Source of the DNA: Neocallimastix sp. 'constans'
Lineage: Eukaryota
Assembly: GCA_050613775.1 (NCBI GenBank)
Contig: JBODTK010000010.1
Span: forward strand, 930,001 to 994,000
Reading direction: 5' to 3'
DNA: 64,000 bases
Under the pieces are notes generated by a model. The model searched no databases. It was not told the DNA's origin and saw nothing but the letters and a program-made list of their open reading frames with translations. Each line of letters opens with the position of its first letter. The stretch's first letter is position 1. The position numbers and the translations under genes are program-made. Shown here in pieces: positions 27,413-37,600 of the stretch.

Positions 27413-27933
27413 ATTTACCTTAATTATATGACAAATACGAATTTTTCTAGAGGTTTCATTTTTTAACTGGTAGACTCGGGGTTGACACTTAGATATTTAA
27501 AATCAAGCAGGGGGGGACGGGTATTACCCTGCTTTGATTTTAAATAAAAAAAAAAAAATAATTCTAATTTTTGTGTTTTTAAATATTTTTAATTGCTATA
27601 TTAATAAATTTTTTTTTTGTAAATAATTGTATATATTTTTTTATTTAAGTAAAGATAAACGAAAGGGGTTATTAGCTTGAAAGAATAGTGAACATTCCAA
27701 CTAGTTTATTAATTTATATTTATTCTAGTGTCCAGGAGGGGGAGTACGGGTGTATATAGCAAAATTAAATATACACTAGCCGGAAACGTCTCACTAGAGA
27801 TATAAATTACTTAAATATATAATTTTAATTGTAAATAAATAAATAAATAAATAAAAATATAGCAATTAAATAATTAATAAAACAATTTTTTTTTTATTTT
27901 ATTTTTTTTTTAAAAGTGTGTTTTTTTTTTAAA

Positions 27934-28169
27934 ATGAGTTCAATTAATTTTAAAGATTTAAAAAAAGAACTTAAGGATATTGAAAAAATATCCAAAGAAA
28001 ATTTAGATGTTAAAACTTGGAAGTCTGATTTAGAGCTTTGGATAAAGCTTGAACATGTTGAAAACTCCAAGATTATATTTTATGCCTGTGTTTTAACCTC
28101 AATTGGTGAAACCAGGAAAGTCATCCAAGAATTAATGGATGATAATGATAAAGATGATGATAGTGATAG

Positions 28170-28209
<40 letters not shown>

Positions 28210-28914
28210 AATGATGATGATGATGATGATAATTATAAGGATATTGATGATGAAGATGAGGATGATGATAATGAAGAAGATAAAGAAATTGATAAAAAGA
28301 ATAAGGCTTATCCTTCCCTTAATAGAATTGTAAAAGCTATAGAAGAATTTTATGGCATTAGGGAGGATCAAAATAATTTATTAAGAGAGCTACGTGCTCT
28401 AAGAATTAAGAGAAATGAAAGAATCAAAGATTTTAATATTAAGTATAAAACTTTATATTTAAAATTAAATAAAAAGAAAAGAAGTCAGATAAGTGTTTTA
28501 GATTACATAGACTCCATTGAAAACAATGTTGAAGCCTGGAAACGTCTAACCTTATTTGATAACATTTCTCTGTCAAAAGCCTTTAAAATTGCTGAAAAAG
28601 CAGATAGGTTAAATTATATGGGTAGTAATCAAAGAAGACATCCTTCTACCCCTTCACCTTCTGCAAATACATCTTCTTTTAGTAATAGAGTTAATTTTCA
28701 TCCTCCTATTAAAAATAAATTAGAACAAAAAGTTAATATTAAACCTAAAGAAGATAATGACATAGAGGAATTAACAAGAAAAATGAGAAGTTTAACAATA
28801 AAGGCTTGTTATTTCTGTAAAGAACCAGGTCATTATCAAAACAATTGCCCAAAGTTGAGAGCAATTGTTGAGAAAAATAGGAAGGAAATTAGAAACAATA
28901 AACGTTTAAATTGA
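27934..28914 (+). CDS. gag: Gag with poly-Asp tract and CCHC zinc knuckle
   Basis: First ATG at 27934. (GAT)n acidic tract, and CYFCKEPGHYQNNC near the C-terminus. Confidence 0.9.
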
Positions 28915-28943
28915 GTAATGGGATAAGAAGCTCTCCCATACTT
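28905..28943 (+). promoter_or_regulatory. Predicted -1 ribosomal frameshift signal
   Basis: T TTA AAT heptamer in gag phase immediately before TGA. The pol frame (-1) opens at 28902. Downstream stem ATGGGA/TCCCAT. Confidence 0.75.
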
Positions 28944-31900
28944 AATAAAGCAGCTTCACTTAAATATCAAAAAGAAATTAAAAATTCTCGTCTTTCTAAT
29001 ATTGAAGAAACTCCTGCTAATAAAAGGGTGGTTAATAAAAAGAAAGTTGATTATTTAGTAGGAGCATCTAAACGTAAAATTTATGATGTTAATAATGATG
29101 AAGGTAGTGCAGAGAAAAGGATTCATAAGTCGTTGAAGGAGAATCCTAAACCTATAATAACTCCTGCATTACGAAAACAGAAAGAACGAGAAGTAAAAGA
29201 AAATAATATAAGTAATAAAATTGTTAAACAAATTAAACCATCTATTCTAGCTCAACCACGAATTGAAAAAGAAAAAGAGATTGAAAGACAAATTCGTGAT
29301 AATGAAAGAGCTAGTAATAGTAATACTAATTATAGTAATAATCATAGTAATGATAATAGTAATGATAATATTAATAATAATTCATTAGTGAATGATGAAG
29401 TTATTATAAATAATGTAAATAATGATAAAAGAAAGAATAAAAATTTAATGAAAGAAAATAATGATAATAATAAAAGTATTGTGAAGGAGAATAATAAAGT
29501 AATTGATTTAACAAAGGTGTTAATTAGTAAAGATAAAGATACTCAAAAAGAAAATAAAAGTGCTAGAGTATCTAGGAAAATTAAGATGCAATCGGGGGAA
29601 GAAGAATATGATATTCTTAAAGATTTAAATTCTGCCCATTGCAATATTACTTTTGGACAGTTATTGGATGCTGCTCCAAAATTAAGATATAAGGTGTCAC
29701 AGGGTATTAAATTGGATAGGGACCAATCTAATATCTCTGGGGTGTTGGATAATGTGTCAGCCACGACTGTGGTCGTTAATAACATAGATCACACTTATAA
29801 AAGTAAAGGTAACGAACCATGTGAAGAGGATATTGCCATGGTTGATGTTACAGTTGAAGGTGTTTCGGGGAAGGCTTTAATTGATTCATGTAGTAATTTA
29901 AGTATAATTACTCAACAATTTTTAGATAAGCTTCCGTCCGAATATGAACCTATTGATATTAGTCGTGGCAGAATTAGGTTGGCAACTAAGAATGATGATT
30001 ACTCGGAAGGTTATATCATTCGGGTGCCAGTAAAGATTAATAATCTTGTAGTAATGGTTAATTGTAGAATAGTAGAAAAGGAGGATCCTTTTTACGATAT
30101 TCTAATTAACTTAAAAACCCAAATTGATTATAATTTGTTTATCCACCCCATTTTATATAGTTTGTGTCAAATTACTCCTGAGGGAGTAATTGACGTTATT
30201 GCACCTATTAATAATGATTATGAAGATGAAGAAAAGTTGTTGTGTATGATTAAGGCTTTGGATGAAGATTCCAAAAAGAATGATTTAAAGAAAATTGAAG
30301 GATTATCTCCAAAGCAATATATTCATCATGAAATTTTCCTAAATACTTTAAATGAAAAATATAAAGATGAAATAATTAAAATTCTGGAGGAGAACTTAGA
30401 AATAGTTGCTACTTCTTCAGAAGAATTAACACCTTCTGATCTTCCTCCACATAAGATTAATTTAATTCCTGGTGCGAAACCAGTTAAGCAAAGGTGCTAT
30501 AGATTAGTTAAATTTAAGTCGGATATACTTAAGGAGGAATTAATTAAATTAATTAATAAGAAATTAATTGAACCTTCTTGTTCCGAATGGTCATCGCCAA
30601 TAGTGTTAGTACCGAAGAAGAACGGTAAATGGCGATTATGTATTGATTATCGTAAGGTTAATGATTTAACAGTTAAAGATTCTTATTCATTACCTTACAT
30701 TGATGAGATATTTGATAGTTTAGATGGGGCACAAATTTTTACAACAATGGATCTTTATTCTGGTTATCATCAAATTTTGATGGATGAGGAAAGTGTAGAA
30801 ATTACCACCTTCACCACAAAATTTGGTAACTACCAATTCAAGGTTATGCCTTTTGGTTTAACCGGAGCCCCAGCTACATTTCAAAGGGAAATGAATAGGA
30901 TTCTTTTCCCATTTATAGGAAAGTTTGTTTTTAACTTTATAGATGATATTTTAATATACTCTAAGAGTATAGAAGAACATATAAGCCACATTAGGCAAGT
31001 GTTGGAAGTATTTCGCCAACACAAATTAAAAATTAACATTGAAAAATGTGCCTTTATGCAGACTGAAGTAGAAGTCTTAGGTCATAAGGCATCAGTGAAA
31101 GGTTTAAGTCCCCAGGATAGCAAAATTAAGGCTATCAAGGAGTGGGTAACACCTGTTGATGTTCATGAATTACGATCTTTTCTTGGAGCAGTAGGATATT
31201 ATAGAAACTTTATTGATAAATATGCCCAAATCTCTGCTCCTTTATGTAAATTATTAAGAAAGAATGTTAAATATAAATGGAATAATGAACATCAACAAAG
31301 TTTTGATCTGTTAAAAGAAAAATTAATAAATGCTCCAATTTTAAAATATCCAAGTTTTAATCAAAGGTTTATAATTAGAACGGATGCTTCCTATGAAGGT
31401 ATTGGAGGAGTATTACTCCAAGAAGATTTAGAAACCAAAAAGGAACATCCAGTTCATTATATAAGTAGAAGTTTAAGTAAAGCCGAGAAAAATTATGGCA
31501 TTACTGACTTGGAAGGAGCTGCATTAATTTATTGTATTACTAAGTTGAAATCTTATATATTAGGAAATCCTAATAAAACAGTAGTAATAACAGATCATAA
31601 ACCTTTAATCAGTTTCTTTAAAAATAAGGAACCTAATAATGCTAGGCAAGCAAGGTGGTACTTAACTGTTAGTACCCTTGGTGTTGAAATTCAATATCAA
31701 ATGGGTAAGAAAAATGTGTTAGCCGATGCATTATCTAGGATGAAGAAAAGAGATGATTCTGTGGTATTGGCAACTAAGTTAACTTCAAAGGAAGAAGAAG
31801 AGTTGCTTTCTAAAACTATTAAAGACTTTATAAATGAAAAATTTGTTACGATAGATGGTGAAGATTACTTTGTTGATGGTAATGACTATCGTAAATTAAT

Positions 31901-32960
31901 TACGGATCAAACGGAAAGAGTAAAACTTATTTTAGAAGCCCATAAGATAGGTCATGAGGGATATTATAAGACTTATCAAAGGCTTCGTAAAAGTTTTTAT
32001 TGGAATAATATGGTGATGGATATTAAAAGAGTGGTGCAAAGTTGTGACAAGTGTCAGTTGAATAGGTCACAACCATATCCAGAACCTACAGAAAATATTC
32101 CAACTAAAGTAGAAGGTCCTTTTATACATTTGGGTTTAGATATTATTGGACCTTTGATTAAAACTAAAAATAATAATCAATATATAATGGTTGTGGTGGA
32201 TTACTTCACCAAATGGGTTGAAGCAGAACCCACGGAAAATATAACATCACAGGATGTGATTAAGTTCTTAATTAATGTGTTTGCTCGTCATGGTGTTCCA
32301 CAGGTAATAACAACTGACAATGGTGTTCAGTTCACCTCGGACATGACGAAAATATTTTTAGATCTCTATGATGTATATGTGAAGTTTATTTCCACATATC
32401 ATCCTGAAAGTAATGGACTTACGGAAAACCGTAATAAAGAGATCGGCAAGTTATTGAGGTTGTTGGGTTCTAAGAATAAGGATTGGGATGAAGTTTTACC
32501 ATCCGCCTTATGGGCTCTTAGAACTACCAAAAATAAGGTAACAAAACATTCAAGTTTTGAGTTGGTTTATGGTAGGGAAGATCAGCAGCCTTTTGACATT
32601 GCTGCTAGACCTACCAAGGATATTAATAAGTCATCGGATGAAGTGTTGTTAGAAAAATTTATAAATCATTACCGATGGACTTTAGAAGCAGCCGAAAATG
32701 TTAAAAATGCAAATAAGTGTTGGGCTGCTAGAAGAGAGGAAAAGAATAGTTTGAATGAAGGAAAAAGAATTAGGGAAGGTGATTTAGTTCTAGTTAGAAA
32801 TTTTTCAAGAACTAAACTAGAACCTTATTTTGTTGGTCCTCTTAAAGTTATAAAAAAACAATTTAATACGGTTACCTTGGCTGATCCAAATTCTGGAATT
32901 CAAATGAATAGGAATGTTCATTTGAAGAATATAGTCAAGTATAACTCAGCTTCGATGTAG
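28911..32960 (+). CDS. pol: Pol polyprotein: aspartic protease, reverse transcriptase, RNase H, DDE integrase (no chromodomain)
   Basis: ALIDSCS; WRLCIDYRKVN, MPFGLTGAPATFQ, FIDDILI; TDAS...TDHKPL...ADALSR; H-x3-H...C-x2-C, LDIIGP, TDNG, SNGLTE; GPL motif. Ty3/Gypsy domain order. Confidence 0.96.
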   Translation: MSNGIRSSPILNKAASLKYQKEIKNSRLSNIEETPANKRVVNKKKVDYLVGASKRKIYDVNNDEGSAEKRIHKSLKENPKPIITPALRKQKEREVKENNISNKIVKQIKPSILAQPRIEKEKEIERQIRDNERASNSNTNYSNNHSNDNSNDNINNNSLVNDEVIINNVNNDKRKNKNLMKENNDNNKSIVKENNKVIDLTKVLISKDKDTQKENKSARVSRKIKMQSGEEEYDILKDLNSAHCNITFGQLLDAAPKLRYKVSQGIKLDRDQSNISGVLDNVSATTVVVNNIDHTYKSKGNEPCEEDIAMVDVTVEGVSGKALIDSCSNLSIITQQFLDKLPSEYEPIDISRGRIRLATKNDDYSEGYIIRVPVKINNLVVMVNCRIVEKEDPFYDILINLKTQIDYNLFIHPILYSLCQITPEGVIDVIAPINNDYEDEEKLLCMIKALDEDSKKNDLKKIEGLSPKQYIHHEIFLNTLNEKYKDEIIKILEENLEIVATSSEELTPSDLPPHKINLIPGAKPVKQRCYRLVKFKSDILKEELIKLINKKLIEPSCSEWSSPIVLVPKKNGKWRLCIDYRKVNDLTVKDSYSLPYIDEIFDSLDGAQIFTTMDLYSGYHQILMDEESVEITTFTTKFGNYQFKVMPFGLTGAPATFQREMNRILFPFIGKFVFNFIDDILIYSKSIEEHISHIRQVLEVFRQHKLKINIEKCAFMQTEVEVLGHKASVKGLSPQDSKIKAIKEWVTPVDVHELRSFLGAVGYYRNFIDKYAQISAPLCKLLRKNVKYKWNNEHQQSFDLLKEKLINAPILKYPSFNQRFIIRTDASYEGIGGVLLQEDLETKKEHPVHYISRSLSKAEKNYGITDLEGAALIYCITKLKSYILGNPNKTVVITDHKPLISFFKNKEPNNARQARWYLTVSTLGVEIQYQMGKKNVLADALSRMKKRDDSVVLATKLTSKEEEELLSKTIKDFINEKFVTIDGEDYFVDGNDYRKLITDQTERVKLILEAHKIGHEGYYKTYQRLRKSFYWNNMVMDIKRVVQSCDKCQLNRSQPYPEPTENIPTKVEGPFIHLGLDIIGPLIKTKNNNQYIMVVVDYFTKWVEAEPTENITSQDVIKFLINVFARHGVPQVITTDNGVQFTSDMTKIFLDLYDVYVKFISTYHPESNGLTENRNKEIGKLLRLLGSKNKDWDEVLPSALWALRTTKNKVTKHSSFELVYGREDQQPFDIAARPTKDINKSSDEVLLEKFINHYRWTLEAAENVKNANKCWAARREEKNSLNEGKRIREGDLVLVRNFSRTKLEPYFVGPLKVIKKQFNTVTLADPNSGIQMNRNVHLKNIVKYNSASM

Positions 32961-32970
32961 CTTGAGTTTT

Positions 32971-32978
32971 AGAGGGGG
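32971..32978 (+). promoter_or_regulatory. Polypurine tract
   Basis: AGAGGGGG, 10 nt after the pol stop and 5 nt before the TG that starts the palindrome. Same layout as GGGAGGG-CAT-TG at 42036. Confidence 0.8.
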
Positions 32979-32983
32979 CATCA

Positions 32984-34820
32984 TGGTAAAGAATGAATTA
33001 ATAACCTTTATTTTATTATTAATAATTCTTTACTAAATTGTACTTTCCTATATTCTTCATAACCTAAACCTCATTGTAAATTTAATTTATTTTGATATAA
33101 ATTAATTTTAACTTGTAAATAATGTAAATAAATTTTAATTAATTACTTTATTGTTATATTATTAAATATATGTATATATTAAAATACAATTGTAAATATT
33201 AAAATTATGCTTTTAAGATACTAAATTATTAAAACTATTAATTAAATATTATTATAAAAATTATTATAAAATTATTAAAATTATTAATTAAATATTATTC
33301 TAAAAATTATTATAAATTATTAATATTATAAAATTATTAAAATTATTAAATATTATTATAAAAATTTATTTATTATAACTATTAAATATTATTATAAAAT
33401 TATTAAGATTATTAATTAAATTTATTATTAAAAATTATTATTAAAAATTATTACTTATTATAAAAATTATTATTTAAATATTATCAAATTTATTAATTAA
33501 ATATTATAAAAATTTTATTTTATTTTGAAAATAATTACAAGTATTATTTAAAATAATTAAAGATTATTAAATTTATTATATTAATCTTTAAAAACAATTT
33601 ATTTAACTTAAAAAAATATCAAAGAAAATAGTAAAAACTATTTTCTATATATTTATTTTATAATTATTTTTAATTAAATTATATTTGAATATTATATTAT
33701 TATATTTATAAAAATTAAAACAAAAATGAATTATTGATATAAAATTAATTCAATAATTCTATAAAATTACTTAAATTATAAACAATTAATTATACTTTAA
33801 ATTTATAAAAAAATATAAATATTGTAACAATTTCTTAAAAATTAAATATGTGTACTTTAAATAATAAAATTTTATATTAATAAAAAAAAAATAATTCTTT
33901 ATTAAAAGTTATTTATTTTTTTATTAATATAAAATTTTATTATTTAAAGTACACATATTTAATTTTTAAGAAATTGTTACAATATTTATATTTTTTTATA
34001 AATTTAAAGTATAATTAATTGTTTATAATTTAAGTAATTTTATAGAATTATTGAATTAATTTTATATCAATAATTCATTTTTGTTTTAATTTTTATAAAT
34101 ATAATAATATAATATTCAAATATAATTTAATTAAAAATAATTATAAAATAAATATATAGAAAATAGTTTTTACTATTTTCTTTGATATTTTTTTAAGTTA
34201 AATAAATTGTTTTTAAAGATTAATATAATAAATTTAATAATCTTTAATTATTTTAAATAATACTTGTAATTATTTTCAAAATAAAATAAAATTTTTATAA
34301 TATTTAATTAATAAATTTGATAATATTTAAATAATAATTTTTATAATAAGTAATAATTTTTAATAATAATTTTTAATAATAAATTTAATTAATAATCTTA
34401 ATAATTTTATAATAATATTTAATAGTTATAATAAATAAATTTTTATAATAATATTTAATAATTTTAATAATTTTATAATATTAATAATTTATAATAATTT
34501 TTAGAATAATATTTAATTAATAATTTTAATAATTTTATAATAATTTTTATAATAATATTTAATTAATAGTTTTAATAATTTAGTATCTTAAAAGCATAAT
34601 TTTAATATTTACAATTGTATTTTAATATATACATATATTTAATAATATAACAATAAAGTAATTAATTAAAATTTATTTACATTATTTACAAGTTAAAATT
34701 AATTTATATCAAAATAAATTAAATTTACAATGAGGTTTAGGTTATGAAGAATATAGGAAAGTACAATTTAGTAAAGAATTATTAATAATAAAATAAAGGT
34801 TATTAATTCATTCTTTACCA
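32984..34820. repeat. Near-perfect 1837-bp palindrome (arms about 905 bp, imperfect centre about 33888-33916)
   Basis: TGGTAAAGAATGAATTAATAACC... versus ...GGTTATTAATTCATTCTTTACCA. Arms were exact reverse complements in all stretches checked by eye, with mismatches only next to the centre at about 33902. Confidence 0.96.
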
Positions 34821-35753
34821 TAACTGATTTATACCTAATATTCTTAATCTACAAAAATTAAATTTTGCAGAAGTGAATAAAAGGATAAATACTGAATAAA
34901 AATTGATTTAAGGAATTTAAAAAATAAATATGTTTTATTATTAAACACAAAAATGTTTTATTAAAAAAAAATTTATTTTTATTTTAATATTAATCTTTAT
35001 TTATTTAATAATTAATTTTGTTTAAATTAATAAAATAATTGTTAAAAACTAATAAAATAATAAAATGAAATATTTATTATTTATACTAATTTATTTTAAA
35101 TTTTAATAATAAAATTGATTATTAATAACTAATAAAATATATAATAATTTATCAAAATAATTAATAATCATAAAAATTGATTATTAAAAACTAATAAAAT
35201 ATCTATAATAATTTATTAAATAATTAATAATAAAGAATAATTTATAAGAAATATTTACATGTTTTTATATTTTTCTTTGATTTTAAACTATTTACATTAA
35301 AAATAATAAAATTAATAAAAGAGAAATAAAGAATAATTTATTATTAAATTAAACAATATTTACAATTAAAATGTTGATAAAGATGAGTTTTAAAATGTTA
35401 TTTTAATTACAATTTGTTTATAAAAGTTGAGTTATAAAATAAATAAAATAATCATTATTTTAAATAAAAGTAACTTAAAAAATTATTTAACTATTTAATT
35501 TTAATTTTGCGTTGTTTATAAGTTTGTTTATTTGTTGTTTATAATTTATTAAATATGTTTATTATTTTGTTTATTTGTTGTTTTAGAAAAATATTATTTA
35601 TTAATTTATTTTAGTTTTTAATTAAAATTATTAATGATTAATAATTTATTATTACTTTATTTTAATTATTTTTATTTAATTAATTTTTCTTAAATATGGA
35701 TTTAATTTTTTTTTTTTAGAATGGATTAATTTTTGGGTTAAGTTAGACAGAAT

Positions 35754-36489
35754 TGTTGAAATTATAACTGAATTGAAATCTCAATTTCAGTTATTTACAT
35801 TTCAATAGTTAACAAATATTATTTATTTAATTATAAATAATATATATATTTAAATAATTAATAATTAATATAAATTCTTATTTAATATTTAAGGAATTAT
35901 CTTAGGCCTAATAATTCTGAGAATATTAGTAAATAAGATTTATATTAATAATTTCAATTATCTACATATGACGTCACATGTATTTATTTATATTATGTTT
36001 ATATATATGTTTACATCATATATATTAACTACTATTTTTAATTATTCAAATTAATTATATAATTATAAATTAAATTTATTTAGTTATATTAAATATTTTA
36101 AACATATCGATATTGTTATTATCTTAATATTTTATTAATATTCATATTACTATATTATTAATATCTTATAATTAAATATTATTATTATGTAACTTACAAA
36201 GTATAAAAGAAAGATGTAAAAATCTATCTTTTATGTTCTTTGTAAGGTTATTGTACTTACAATAATTATATACTAATAATTCAATAAATAAATATTTTCA
36301 TAAATCCTTCAAAGAAATTATTATTTAAAATATTCTTAGATATTAAGTGTTTAAATAACTTAACTATTTATCTTATATTATTTTTATATTATTATTAATT
36401 AATTATTGTTGGATTATTAATATATAATTCAACATATTAACCTAGTAACGTTATTAATCATAAAACTATTTTATATCTTAATTTTAACA
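35754..36489 (+). repeat. 5' LTR
   Basis: Direct repeat of 42046-42781. TGACGTCA at 35969 and TATAAAA at 36202. Confidence 0.96.
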
Positions 36490-36499
36490 ATAACCTTAC
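36487..36499 (+). promoter_or_regulatory. Self-priming primer-binding site
   Basis: ACAATAACCTTAC is the exact reverse complement of GTAAGGTTATTGT (36242-36254), about 35 nt downstream of the LTR TATA box. There is no TGG-type tRNA PBS at the LTR end. Confidence 0.85.
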
Positions 36500-36523
36500 C
36501 CTAGTTTTGGTTACTACTTTAAT

Positions 36524-37600
36524 ATGTCTTTTTACAATAATGTATGGGCTGACATTGCTCCAATGTCAGAAGTTAATAAATTAAGGTCTGACGCCCAAGT
36601 TACTGTATCCGAATTGGCTTCTTCTGTTAATGATAGTTTTTTATTAAAAGAAGATTTTAATGAATATAACAAGGACTTACAAAAAAAACTTTATACACTT
36701 TACAAAGATAATAAAAATATTATTAATCAATTATCTAATTTAACAAAAATTTTAGATGAAAAGTTAAATATAAATATTGCTACAAATGATATTCCTTCTA
36801 CTAGTCAAACACAAGAGGATAATGTATCTACCACTACTAGACGTGATGATGACAATGATGTTATTATGAGGAATGCTTTTTCAAACCGTTTACAACAAGT
36901 TCCTGAACCTGGATTTTTCTCTGGAGATACTAAAGAAACTGATCTATTCTGTCAACTTTGTGAAGATACTTTTAAAACATATCCAAATTCAGAAGCTACA
37001 GAAGATATCAAAATTAACTTTATTAAATCCCGTTTGAGGGATGGCGCTCGTAATTGGTATCTAGCTACGTACAAGGATACTAACCCAAAAACTCTTTCTG
37101 AATTGACTACTGAATTAAGAAAAGCATTTTCCAACGTTGCAAGCAAAAAATTAGCTAAGATTCAATTAATAAAATTGAAACATAATTATGGGAAAATAAA
37201 TGATTATATTGAACAATTTAGAACTCTTTCGAATGGTCTTGGATTCAGTGAAGAAGCCTTAGTTTTAATTTTTTATAATGGGTTACATTCAAAATTCCAA
37301 GAAGTAATTGAAGAAATGGAAGAATTCCCTGTTGATCTTGGTACTATTTATACTAAATGTATTTTACTTGAAAATACATTAAAAACAAAAAATCAAATAA
37401 AAACAAATAATGGTAATTCAAAACTTTTTAGAAGCAGTAATAATAAACATTCAAAACACGTTAGTACCCATATTAATCATGATAAAAATTATAATTCTAA
37501 TAACAATTATAATAACAAAAGTAATTATAATAATAATTACAATAATAACAATTATAATAGTAATAAAACTAGTAGCAATAATAATAAAACAAAAAACTAA
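36524..37600 (+). CDS. gag: Gag (retrotransposon capsid)
   Basis: 358 aa with PEPGFFSGD, KINFIKSRLRDGARNWY, INDYIEQFR, IFYNGLH and an Asn-rich tail. Confidence 0.92.
   Translation: MSFYNNVWADIAPMSEVNKLRSDAQVTVSELASSVNDSFLLKEDFNEYNKDLQKKLYTLYKDNKNIINQLSNLTKILDEKLNINIATNDIPSTSQTQEDNVSTTTRRDDDNDVIMRNAFSNRLQQVPEPGFFSGDTKETDLFCQLCEDTFKTYPNSEATEDIKINFIKSRLRDGARNWYLATYKDTNPKTLSELTTELRKAFSNVASKKLAKIQLIKLKHNYGKINDYIEQFRTLSNGLGFSEEALVLIFYNGLHSKFQEVIEEMEEFPVDLGTIYTKCILLENTLKTKNQIKTNNGNSKLFRSSNNKHSKHVSTHINHDKNYNSNNNYNNKSNYNNNYNNNNYNSNKTSSNNNKTKN

Larger units (their letters stand above)
27468..34820 (+). mobile_element. Ty3/Gypsy-type gag-pol retroelement lacking a 5' LTR and ending in a 1.84-kb palindrome
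   Basis: TAAC|TGGTAGAC... at 27464-27475 and ...TTTACCA|TAAC at 34814-34824. Intact gag and pol, with a PPT followed by the inverted repeat. No copy of the 3' repeat is seen upstream of gag. The family call is firm and the boundaries are inferred. Confidence 0.8.

Noticed and set aside
32984..34820. Palindrome as a pure long-read adapter artefact
   Set aside because: Considered unlikely because its ends coincide with PPT-TG and CA, the centre is asymmetric and unique sequence resumes after a flanking direct repeat. It cannot be excluded without reads.
34821..35753. Continuation of a 3' LTR beyond the palindrome
   Set aside because: Contains short ~60-nt tandem repeats but no match to the sequence preceding 27468, so it cannot be supported as an LTR from this window.
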